DNA of 64,000 bases from contig LBVU01000003.1 of assembly GCA_000993205.1 (NCBI GenBank), positions 161,008 through 225,007 of the forward strand. Reading direction: 5' to 3'. The position numbers were made by a program, and so were the translations under genes. The DNA comes from Candidatus Woesebacteria bacterium GW2011_GWB1_39_10 (GTDB lineage Bacteria; Patescibacteriota; Microgenomatia; UBA8517). Below are positions 10,103-18,269 of the stretch, in pieces; positions within the stretch are counted from its first letter, which is position 1; each line of letters opens with the position of its first letter. Under the pieces are notes generated by a model, which was given only the letters and a program-made list of their open reading frames with translations, was not told where the DNA came from and searched no databases.

Positions 10103-11341
10103 TTACAATTTAAATCTCTTTAATGAAAGTCCGACAACAAAGGTGTAAAGAAGAATGTTTTGCTGAAGGGTTATCCAATAATGATCAAATAAACCGGTAG
10201 TAAGAATAAAAAGAAAAATTAAAAAGTGCTTTGTCCTTAGTAATTTTAAGAAAAAAAGAAAATACAGAACAAGTCCCAAAAATCCTGTTTCAGAAAAGAC
10301 TAAAAGAAAAATATTGTGTACCGGTTGAAGGATCCATGAGTACGTAAAAATGCCTTCGAATTTTGGAACGTTAACTATATAGGTATTTAAACCCACACCC
10401 TGCAAAAACCGTGAGCTGATCATATTTCCCGAAATATAAGCTAAGTCAATTCTTTCGGTGTATTTTTTTCCAAGAAAATTAAAGTGAGTATAAAAACTTC
10501 GGGTCAAAATAGGCAACAGCAAACTTAAAGTTAAGGAGAGTGTGCAAACAAACAGAACTATTTTTCTTTCCATTTTCTTTTGTGAAACAATTTTGAGAAT
10601 CAAAATTGCTAGAACTAATGATACAAACGCAGAAAGAGAATAGGTCAGCAAAAAACATAATAGAAAAATAGAGATAGCTAGAAACCATTTTTTTCCCAAC
10701 ATCGGCTTTTCGTAAATAGATAGTAAAATAATTACCCCAAGAAAACCGGCTAACGAATTTGGATGGGGAAAAGTAGAATAAGCTCTAATATAGTCCCTTC
10801 CGAAAATTTCAACTAATGCAATCCCGGGAGTTGTCAAGTCAAAAGATCTTTCCCCTAAAAAATAAAAAAGACCTGTTGTTCTTCCCAAAAAAAACTGAAA
10901 TACCCCGATCAGAGAAAATGTCGCAGTAGAAATAAACAAAGTGCTGTAAAGTTTTTTTACTCCAATAGTCGATTTCCTGTGATAGAGATATAAAGCAAAT
11001 AAGACCATTTCTAAAACCTTCATCCACTTCCATAAAGAAATCCAAAGATTTGTAGAAAAAAATGTGTTTACAAAGATAAAGATAAAAAATAAAAGGATTA
11101 CAGTCCTCTTATTTTTAAGAAAAAGCAGAAAAATCTTCCGATCGTTAACGTACCAAAAAATTATCAAACAAAACACTAAAACATCTGTCAAATAAACTGC
11201 GGGGGCCAAATAATCAACTCTTATTCCAAAAACAAAAGCATAGGATGGCCAAAAATGAAGTGCCAGTTGCGTGGGTATAAGAAAAACAAGTAAACATGCA
11301 ATAATTTTTTCAGTCTTTTGAAAAACTTTCGTCAACATCAA
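10103..11341 (-). CDS. O-antigen ligase (Wzy_C)-like polytopic membrane protein
   Basis: About 10 predicted TM helices; STFPHPNSLAGFLGVIILLSI resembles the Wzy_C motif (HN.yL..l.E.G..G). Confidence 0.5.
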   Translation of the reverse strand: MMLTKVFQKTEKIIACLLVFLIPTQLALHFWPSYAFVFGIRVDYLAPAVYLTDVLVFCLIIFWYVNDRKIFLLFLKNKRTVILLFFIFIFVNTFFSTNLWISLWKWMKVLEMVLFALYLYHRKSTIGVKKLYSTLFISTATFSLIGVFQFFLGRTTGLFYFLGERSFDLTTPGIALVEIFGRDYIRAYSTFPHPNSLAGFLGVIILLSIYEKPMLGKKWFLAISIFLLCFLLTYSLSAFVSLVLAILILKIVSQKKMERKIVLFVCTLSLTLSLLLPILTRSFYTHFNFLGKKYTERIDLAYISGNMISSRFLQGVGLNTYIVNVPKFEGIFTYSWILQPVHNIFLLVFSETGFLGLVLYFLFFLKLLRTKHFLIFLFILTTGLFDHYWITLQQNILLYTFVVGLSLKRFKL

Positions 11342-11371
11342 GGAGATTATATATCAAACACTATCCCGGAG

Positions 11372-11830
11372 TTACTTTGCCTTGACCACCAAGTATCTTT
11401 CTTCCCCTTCCCCCATCGATTCACTGATGACATCAGCCCTTTCCGCGAGATGCATATGGACTACTCTTCTTTGCCAAGGTTTTAAATTATAAAGACTTTG
11501 CGGCTCACCTGTTTCTATCGCTCGTTGGGCGGTTGATTCGGCTAAACTTTTCAAATAATCCTCTTCTTTCTCTCTGTAGTCGCCAACATTCACTACTACA
11601 CGGTTCCATTCCCCTGTCTCTTGTTTAAGCATTACTCCAAGGATGGTTTGAATACTATCTAGTGTTTCCCCTTTTTTACCAATCATTAGTCCCGTCTCAT
11701 CTCCAGCATCAACGTTTACCACATAGGCTTCGTTTTCTTTATCAAAAGAAACTTCTGCCGTTGCTTTTGTATACATAAGAGGTAAAAGCTTCTCAACAAT
11801 CTTTTTAAGCGATTCTGTTGTCTTTTTCAT
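11372..11830 (-). CDS. jag: Jag/KhpB-type KH + R3H RNA-binding protein
   Basis: GLMIGKKGETLDSIQTILGVM (KH) and VVHMHLAERADVISESMGEGEERYLVV (R3H); conserved position downstream of yidC. Confidence 0.75.
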   Translation of the reverse strand: MKKTTESLKKIVEKLLPLMYTKATAEVSFDKENEAYVVNVDAGDETGLMIGKKGETLDSIQTILGVMLKQETGEWNRVVVNVGDYREKEEDYLKSLAESTAQRAIETGEPQSLYNLKPWQRRVVHMHLAERADVISESMGEGEERYLVVKAK

Positions 11831-11861
11831 ACTAGTGGAGATTCTAACAAATTTAAGCCTA

Positions 11862-12668
11862 TTAGAGAAGATGCAATTTTTTGGCCAGTGGCGTAAGACT
11901 TCCCCATCCGGACATTCCTACTTGCTGCCAAACATTAACAATAGAAAAAACCAGCCAATAAAGAGCTAGGCCGGAGGGAAACTTAAGACCAAAGACCAAT
12001 GTCATCAACGGAAGCATATAAGTCATCGATTGTGTCATTGCCACCTGCATATCGTCTGTATCAGATTTGGTTTTTTTGGCAATTTTTTCTTCAGCCGAAA
12101 GATAAGGAGCTGTTATCTTAACTGATAAAAACTGAGCGACGGTTGCCAAAAGCAAAAAAAGGCCGGGAAGCGCAAACGGAACCCCTGGAACGTTAAACGA
12201 GTCAGGCTTACTCATATTTAAATAAAGAAATTTGGTATTTAATGTCTCATTTTGGGAAAATTTCAAAGCAGGATAAAGCAATTCGTTAAGTTTGGTTGTA
12301 GTTGTAGCATCTGTGGAGAGAGTGCTCGTAAAAACATTAAAAAGAGCTATCAGAATAATAAATTGCAAAATATAGGGAAGGCACCCGGCACCCGGGTTAA
12401 CCTTGTTTTCCTTGTAAAGACTTGCCTGGGCTTGAGAAAGTTTAAGTTTATCTCCTGCGAATTTCTTTTTAATTTTTGCCATCTGGGGTTCAAGAGCTTT
12501 TATTTTCTTCATTGACTCAAGATATGGTTTAGTTAAAGGCCTAAGGAGAAAAATCAAACAGACACTAAAAACAAGAATTGCTACACCAAGATTACCTCCA
12601 AGAATTTTATAGAACAGAATAAGTCCGTTTGTTAAAGGCTGAACCAGTAATAGTGTAAAAATATCCAT
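11862..12668 (-). CDS. yidC: membrane protein insertase YidC/Oxa1
   Basis: LRPLTKPYLESMKKIKALEPQMAKIKKKF, GAGCLPYILQ, multi-TM; synteny with yidD/rnpA/rpmH. Confidence 0.85.
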   Translation of the reverse strand: MDIFTLLLVQPLTNGLILFYKILGGNLGVAILVFSVCLIFLLRPLTKPYLESMKKIKALEPQMAKIKKKFAGDKLKLSQAQASLYKENKVNPGAGCLPYILQFIILIALFNVFTSTLSTDATTTTKLNELLYPALKFSQNETLNTKFLYLNMSKPDSFNVPGVPFALPGLFLLLATVAQFLSVKITAPYLSAEEKIAKKTKSDTDDMQVAMTQSMTYMLPLMTLVFGLKFPSGLALYWLVFSIVNVWQQVGMSGWGSLTPLAKKLHLL

Positions 12669-12689
12669 AAAATTAATTAATAATTAATA

Positions 12690-12758
12690 ATTAAGAATTA
12701 AGAATTAATAAATAAAAAGGCTCTCGCGTCTTTAATTCTTAACTCTTAGTTCTTAATT
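12690..12758. repeat. long AT-rich imperfect palindrome in the yidD-yidC spacer (includes the yidD stop)
   Basis: aattaagaattaagaattaa ... ttaattcttaactcttagttcttaatt; the arms are reverse-complementary with 2-3 mismatches around a GC-rich loop (ggctctcgcgtc). Confidence 0.4.
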
Positions 12759-12982
12759 GAATCCGGTACCGGATTCCATCCAGATCCTCCCCAAGGGTGG
12801 CACTTCAAAACTCTTTTAAAACCCAAGGAAAATCCCCTAGCCGCTCCAAATCTCTCCAAGGCTTCTATTGTATACTCTGAACACGTAGGAGTAAACCTGC
12901 AAGCTTTTCCGAATACTTGTTCAAAAACAGGAGATATTGTTTTTTTATAAAATTTGATTGCTGCGATTAAGAATTTATTCAT
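12746..12982 (-). CDS. yidD: membrane protein insertion efficiency factor YidD
   Basis: GKACRFTPTCSEYTIEALERFGAARGFSLGFKRVLKCHPWGGSGWNPVP. Confidence 0.85.
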   Translation of the reverse strand: MNKFLIAAIKFYKKTISPVFEQVFGKACRFTPTCSEYTIEALERFGAARGFSLGFKRVLKCHPWGGSGWNPVPDSIKN

Positions 12983-13323
12983 CCAGATATCCCTACCTGT
13001 TTAAGAGACGCTTTAACCTCTTTCATTAAATCGGAGGCGGGTGTTCGTGTAATTAACGATTTTGCCAAAAAAACTACGTCAAAACCGTTTCTAACGTCGA
13101 TTGTCGAAGTTCTTACAGCTTCACTCATGGTACGCTTGAACCTGTTTCTGTCTACTGCGTCTTTCGATATTTTTGTAGAAACCACAAAAGCAAATCTGCT
13201 TGGATTAATGTCCTTTCTATCTATATACGCAATCCCAAAACTTACCGACTGAAAGATGGAACCTTCATCCTGAACCTTTTTAAAGTTTTTTGATCCGGTA
13301 AGTCTAAATTTTTTAGAAAGCAT
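12979..13323 (-). CDS. rnpA: RNase P protein component
   Basis: LSKKFRLTGSKNFKKV...; overlaps yidD by 4 nt; directly downstream of rpmH. Confidence 0.8.
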   Translation of the reverse strand: MLSKKFRLTGSKNFKKVQDEGSIFQSVSFGIAYIDRKDINPSRFAFVVSTKISKDAVDRNRFKRTMSEAVRTSTIDVRNGFDVVFLAKSLITRTPASDLMKEVKASLKQVGISG

Positions 13324-13340
13324 ATTATAAAACTGAAGGA

Positions 13341-13481
13341 TTAGACTGTGAGACGTTTCCTACCCTTCTGACGTCTTGCTTTTAAAACTCTTCTTCCGTT
13401 TTTAGTTTTCATCCTCTCTCTAAAACCGTGGACCCTGACTCGCTTGGTTTTGCTGGGCTGATATGTTCTTTTTGTGCTCAT
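13341..13481 (-). CDS. rpmH: 50S ribosomal protein L34 (46 aa; below the ORF-track cutoff, found by hand translation)
   Basis: Translation [46 protein letters not shown]. Confidence 0.85.
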   Translation of the reverse strand: MSTKRTYQPSKTKRVRVHGFRERMKTKNGRRVLKARRQKGRKRLTV

Positions 13482-13529
13482 ATAATGATTATAACATTTA
13501 TATTCTATATAACAATTATAAAATGGGGC

Positions 13530-13557
13530 TTGACGAATTGTGGATAACTCTATAAAT
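13530..13557 (+). promoter_or_regulatory. putative dnaA promoter with an overlapping perfect DnaA box
   Basis: TTGACG (13530-13535), about 15-17 nt spacer, TATAAA(T) around 13551-13557; the spacer holds TGTGGATAA (13539-13547), the reverse complement of consensus TTATCCACA, which suggests autoregulation. Confidence 0.45.
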
Positions 13558-13655
13558 AGTACAGAGTACAGAGTACTTAGAAATTAGACGGAAACTTCAT
13601 GCCCTGCATCCGATTCTGACTTCAACTGAGTACTGTGTACTTCGTACTAAGTACT

Positions 13656-15026
13656 ATGAATTTAGATTCAGATTTAAAATCAACATGGAAAGAAGTATTA
13701 GACATCATAAAAGTGTCGGTGTCTCCTGCTACCTTTTCTACCTGGTTCACCCAAACCCATCTATCCTCAGCCAAATTAATCGGAGATAGGTTTTTAACTG
13801 AAGTTGGGTGCAGGACTTTTTATACCAAAAACACAATAGAGACTAGATATTTCGGCCTTATTCAAGACTCTTTAAATAAAGCGCTTGGAAAGCAATGCGA
13901 CCTGGTTTTTATTGTTAAGGAAGATGTTGATAAAAAGAATATTAAAAATGAAATACCTACACCTCTTTTTGAGACAGAAACAAAAAACGACAATTTAATC
14001 GAAATATTACGAAAGGCGCGGATTGCTCCGAATTTTACCTTTGAGAATTTTGCGGTCTCTGGTTCAAATCAAATGGCACACGCGGCGGCCCTTGCAGTTT
14101 CTGACAATCTTGGGTCTACTTATAATCCACTTTTTATTTGGGGCGGGGTGGGGGTTGGAAAAACTCATTTAATGGGATCTGTCGGTAATTCTGCCCTTAG
14201 AAAAAACCCGAATCTAAAAATCTTACTCTGCACCGGAGAAAGCTTTACAAACGACATTATTGAGGGTATTAGAAACAAAACCACCCAAAGCTTCAGAGAC
14301 AAATATCGAAAACTAGACCTCCTCCTTCTTGATGATGTCCAGTTTATTGCAGGTAAAGATACTGCTCAGGAAGAATTTTTTCACACTTTTAATGCGGTAA
14401 CTTCCGCCGGGGGGCAGGTGATATTAACAAGCGATAGACCCCCAAGTGAAATTCCAAAACTGGAAGAAAGACTTAGAAGCAGATTTGAAGCAGGGCTAAT
14501 AGTTGATATTGCGCCCCCTGACTTTGAGCTAAGATGTGCAATAACTCAAATCAAAGCCAAAGAAAAAGGTTTTGCACTTGAAATGAATCAGGTACAAATA
14601 ATTGCAGGGAATGTTGATTCAGCTAGAAAAATTGAAGGAGTTCTTATTAAATTAATAACTGAGACAAAGCTAAAGCATCTGGAATTAACCGACGACCTTA
14701 TTGAATCTGTAATCGGAAAAGGGGTTGAGCAAAGTGGAAAAACGGTTAAAAAAGATCCGGCCGACGTAATTGACGCTGTTTCTTCGTACTATCAAATCGG
14801 TAAAAGGTCGCTTCTGGGAGATTCGCGGGCAAGACCCGTTGCCAGACCTAGACAAATATTGATGTATTTGTTGCGTACGCATCTTGGACTTGCTCTGGAA
14901 GAAGTTGGACGACTTTCGGGAAGAGATCATACAACTGTTATGCATGCTGTGGGTAAGATTACCGAACTGGCCACAAACGATGTGCATATCCGTGAGGATA
15001 TAAGTAAAATCAAGTTGGGGATATGA
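13656..15026 (+). CDS. dnaA: chromosomal replication initiator protein DnaA
   Basis: AAA+ box GGVGVGKTHLMGSVGN, LLLDDVQFIAGKDTAQEEFFHTFN, C-terminal DNA-binding LSGRDHTTVMHAVGKI. ATG at 13656; the ORF-track frame opens at GTG 13635. Confidence 0.9.
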   Translation: MNLDSDLKSTWKEVLDIIKVSVSPATFSTWFTQTHLSSAKLIGDRFLTEVGCRTFYTKNTIETRYFGLIQDSLNKALGKQCDLVFIVKEDVDKKNIKNEIPTPLFETETKNDNLIEILRKARIAPNFTFENFAVSGSNQMAHAAALAVSDNLGSTYNPLFIWGGVGVGKTHLMGSVGNSALRKNPNLKILLCTGESFTNDIIEGIRNKTTQSFRDKYRKLDLLLLDDVQFIAGKDTAQEEFFHTFNAVTSAGGQVILTSDRPPSEIPKLEERLRSRFEAGLIVDIAPPDFELRCAITQIKAKEKGFALEMNQVQIIAGNVDSARKIEGVLIKLITETKLKHLELTDDLIESVIGKGVEQSGKTVKKDPADVIDAVSSYYQIGKRSLLGDSRARPVARPRQILMYLLRTHLGLALEEVGRLSGRDHTTVMHAVGKITELATNDVHIREDISKIKLGI

Positions 15027-15039
15027 GGATGTTTTCTTA

Positions 15040-15267
15040 AAGATATATACTTATCAACATTGTCTTTGTTTTTATACACAAAGTTATAAACAAAACAACA
15101 TGACTAGTATTCACACGAATAAATTCCAAATTCCAGATTCAAGATTCCCTTTTTATACACTTATCCACCGATACTACTACTGCTGCTACTAGTTTAATAT
15201 ATAATAATAAGAACTAAGAGCGAAAAAGGAAAAGTGAAAAGTTTCGGACATTTTTACTTATAATTTT
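15040..15267. promoter_or_regulatory. putative oriC core: DnaA-box cluster plus AT-rich unwinding element between dnaA and dnaN
   Basis: 9-mers within one mismatch of TTATCCACA: TTATCAACA (15051-15059), TTATACACA (15072-15080), TTATACACT (15153-15161), TTATCCACC (15161-15169); AT-rich stretch tttaatatataataataag at 15193-15212. Confidence 0.5.
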
Positions 15268-16392
15268 ATGAAACTACAAATACTTCAGGAAAACTTAGAT
15301 AAAGCAATAAATATTGCTTCCAGATTTGCAAGTACCAGGTCTCAGCTTCCGATCTTGGGAAACATTCTTTTTTCCTGTCAAAAAACAAAAGTGATTATAT
15401 CTTCAACTAATCTGGAAATCTCAGTTGCAATATCAGTCGGAGCCAAAGTGGAAGAAGAAGGAGAGATAAGTATACCGGCTAAAGTCATTTCGGAAATCGT
15501 TGCAAACCTTCCCAAGGAAACCATAGATCTTGAATCGGAGAAGGAGCAACTCAAAATAAGCTCTCCGGGATTTACATCTACAGTACTCGGAATGTCTTCA
15601 TCTGATTTTCCTAAAATCCCAAACACAATCGGAAAGGAAAAATCAATAGTACTTCCTAAAGACGACTTTATTAACGCGCTTTCAAGGGTTATATTTGCTT
15701 CATCTCTTGATGAAACAAGACCCGTTCTAACCGGAGTCCTTTTTGTTTTTTCAAAGGATGAACTTAATTTAGTGGCAACCGACGGTTTCAGGCTTTCTCA
15801 GTGTAAGGTTAAATTACCGGATGCAACTGAAAATTTTAAATTAATCTTGCCTAAAAACATACTTCTCGAGATTGTAAGGTCGAGTACTGATTCGGATGAA
15901 ATTACATTTTCTTTCAATGAGAAAGAAAAACAGGCTCTCTTTGGATTTGGTAACACAATTCTCGTGTCACGTCTTTTGGAAGGGGAGTACCCTGACTTTG
16001 AGAAAATTTTACCCAAAGAGTCAAAAATGTCTGTAAGGTTGGATAAAGAAGAGCTTCTGAGAGCAGTTAAGCTTTCTTCTGTGTTTGCCAGAGATTCTGC
16101 AAATATAGTTAAATTTAAAATACTTAAAGAAAGTATCAAAGTTTCTGCGGAAAGCGGGTCTTCCGGTAGTCAGGATACAAAGGTGGACGCGAAGATTGAA
16201 TCTCGTGACTCGGATCTGGAATCTGGGGGGCTTGAGATTGCATTTAACTATCGATTCCTGGAGGATTTTATCCATTCGGTAAAAGGTGAAGAGGTTGAAA
16301 TTAAATTATCTTCAGAATCTGCGGCTGGAGTATTTAAGGATTCGGGTGAGGTTGATTATCTTCATTTAATAATGCCTGTGAAGGTTCAGTGA
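15268..16392 (+). CDS. dnaN: DNA polymerase III beta sliding clamp
   Basis: MKLQILQENLDKAINIASRF..., three-domain length of 374 aa, position after dnaA. Confidence 0.85.
   Translation: MKLQILQENLDKAINIASRFASTRSQLPILGNILFSCQKTKVIISSTNLEISVAISVGAKVEEEGEISIPAKVISEIVANLPKETIDLESEKEQLKISSPGFTSTVLGMSSSDFPKIPNTIGKEKSIVLPKDDFINALSRVIFASSLDETRPVLTGVLFVFSKDELNLVATDGFRLSQCKVKLPDATENFKLILPKNILLEIVRSSTDSDEITFSFNEKEKQALFGFGNTILVSRLLEGEYPDFEKILPKESKMSVRLDKEELLRAVKLSSVFARDSANIVKFKILKESIKVSAESGSSGSQDTKVDAKIESRDSDLESGGLEIAFNYRFLEDFIHSVKGEEVEIKLSSESAAGVFKDSGEVDYLHLIMPVKVQ
16370..16389 (+). repeat. direct repeat copy 1, TAATGCCTGTGAAGGTTCAG (last codons of dnaN)
   Basis: Perfect 20-nt identity with 17631-17650. 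Confidence 0.7.
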
Positions 16393-16401
16393 GCCTGGGT
16401 G

Positions 16402-16430
16402 TTGACAAAAAAGCGCATTTTTGTCATAAT
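16402..16430 (+). promoter_or_regulatory. sigma-70-like promoter inside the inserted cassette
   Basis: TTGACA (16402-16407), 17-nt spacer, CATAAT (16425-16430); ATG of the ATPase at 16443. Confidence 0.5.
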
Positions 16431-16442
16431 TTTGATACAAAA

Positions 16443-17633
16443 ATGATTAAAAGGCTTTTGTTTTACAAACTTCAAAAATATATAGATAGTAAAGAAGCAA
16501 TTGTGATTACGGGTATGAGGCAGGTAGGCAAAACTACACTAATGAGACAGATGTTTGAAGAATTGGGAACGTCTCCTAAACTTTGGTTTGATTTTGACAA
16601 CCCCATTGACCAGAAGATTTTTGAAGACGTTGATTACAATAATATATTTAAGAGGCTGCAAAATCTGGCAAATTCAGACAAGTTCGCTGTTTTTGTTGAC
16701 GAAATTCAAAATTTTCCGGAAATTACTAAAATTATTAAATACCTGATTGACCATTACTCTGTAAAATTTATAGTAACAGGTTCAAGTAACTATTATATGA
16801 AAAATTTGTTTCCGGAGAGTCTTTCTGGAAGAAAGTTTATATTTGACTTGGCTCCGATGAATTTTCAGGAATATTTATATTTTAAGGAGTCTAAAAAAAT
16901 TGTAAAAGTTTTAAAATATTCAGAATTAGATATTGATAAAGTTGTTTTGGAATCAAATATTTTTGATCACAAAAAATACGAGACTTATTATAACGAATAT
17001 TTAGAATTTGGCGGTTTTCCAGGGGTTGTTGTTGCGAAAGATATTGAAGAAAAGAAAATGATTCTTAAAAATATTTTTAAATCGTTTTTTGAAAAGGATA
17101 TTAAAATGTTAAATGATTATTCAGATATACGCGAGCTTAGAGATTTAATATTGCTTCTCGTTCCGAGAGTTGGTTCAATGCTTGATATTAGTAAAATTGC
17201 ATCTGAACTTGGTGTAAAAAGATCTAAAATTTATAGTTATATCGAGTTTTTGCAAGGAATATATATTATCAAATTGCTACCAAAATTTAGCGAGAGCGTT
17301 GATAAGTCGATTGCTGGTGGAAAGAAAGTTTATTTTAGCGATACCGGGTTATTGAGATCTATTGGAGATATAAATGAAGCTCAGACTTTTGAAAATACCC
17401 TTGCTAATCAACTTTCCCAGTATGGCGATGTCTCGTTCTACAATAAAAGAAATACGTCGGAAATCGATTTTATTATTAATAAAGAAATTGCATTTGAAGC
17501 AAAACTGACAGGAACTGAAGATTATTTGAAAACACTTAAAAAACTTTCAAGCTCTTTAAATATTAATAAAGCATTTATAGTATCTAAACACTTTAGGGAG
17601 GAAGAAGGAATAATATCTCCAACTATTTTTTAA
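16443..17633 (+). CDS. AAA+ ATPase of the DUF4143 (COG1373-like) family
   Basis: Walker A ITGMRQVGKTTLMRQM, Walker B FAVFVDEIQNFPE, C-terminal DUF4143-like region. ATG at 16443 (ORF-track frame opens at 16389). Very low GC compared with neighbours. Confidence 0.7.
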   Translation: MIKRLLFYKLQKYIDSKEAIVITGMRQVGKTTLMRQMFEELGTSPKLWFDFDNPIDQKIFEDVDYNNIFKRLQNLANSDKFAVFVDEIQNFPEITKIIKYLIDHYSVKFIVTGSSNYYMKNLFPESLSGRKFIFDLAPMNFQEYLYFKESKKIVKVLKYSELDIDKVVLESNIFDHKKYETYYNEYLEFGGFPGVVVAKDIEEKKMILKNIFKSFFEKDIKMLNDYSDIRELRDLILLLVPRVGSMLDISKIASELGVKRSKIYSYIEFLQGIYIIKLLPKFSESVDKSIAGGKKVYFSDTGLLRSIGDINEAQTFENTLANQLSQYGDVSFYNKRNTSEIDFIINKEIAFEAKLTGTEDYLKTLKKLSSSLNINKAFIVSKHFREEEGIISPTIF

Positions 17634-17650
17634 TGCCTGTGAAGGTTCAG
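17631..17650 (+). repeat. direct repeat copy 2, TAATGCCTGTGAAGGTTCAG (supplies the ATPase stop codon)
   Basis: Identical to 16370-16389. Confidence 0.7.
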
Positions 17651-17658
17651 GGTTAAGA

Positions 17659-18237
17659 TCAATAAGTAACTTCCGTTGACTTACTTAGGGAATAATCTTT
17701 CCCCCATGTAGTGATGAAATTACCGATGGTTGTGGGTTGAAAGTACCATATTTCCAGAAGTCCACCGTCTTTATGTCCGAGGTAAGCTATGCCGTTTGCA
17801 GGATAAACATAAAGATCAAAAGTTGAATTTGGATATTTATTGTAAAGAATATTAGGAGCGGTTCCGTAAATACTTACAATATTAGGAGATTTTATTGTAT
17901 CGTGAGCGCTTACAATTTCTTTAATAAAAACAACTTTGCCGCTCTGAATAATCGCAATATGATGCCTAAGTTCGCTTGTAGATTTATATTCGTCTGTTTT
18001 TTCTGAACCATTGATGGTTGTTCTAAGGGGGGTGCCTAAAATCTTATTTAATTCTTCTTCTGTGGCCACTCCGGGAATAATATCTTTATAAGAAGCTGTT
18101 TTCGGTGCCGGAGTGGGTGAGGCAGAAGGAACATTTTTTTCTCTTGTTAGATAGGCATCGCCGACAATTGCAATGAGAACTATAATTATTATCCAAACCC
18201 AAGCGTATTTTTTAAAAAAAGAAACTATTTTTTGCAT
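17659..18237 (-). CDS. hypothetical N-terminally anchored membrane protein
   Basis: N-terminal TM WVWIIIIVLIAIVG, Pro-rich linker, then a domain with no recognisable motif. Confidence 0.4.
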   Translation of the reverse strand: MQKIVSFFKKYAWVWIIIIVLIAIVGDAYLTREKNVPSASPTPAPKTASYKDIIPGVATEEELNKILGTPLRTTINGSEKTDEYKSTSELRHHIAIIQSGKVVFIKEIVSAHDTIKSPNIVSIYGTAPNILYNKYPNSTFDLYVYPANGIAYLGHKDGGLLEIWYFQPTTIGNFITTWGKDYSLSKSTEVTY

Positions 18238-18269
18238 ACTTATTAATTATATATCACAAGCACTCTGTG

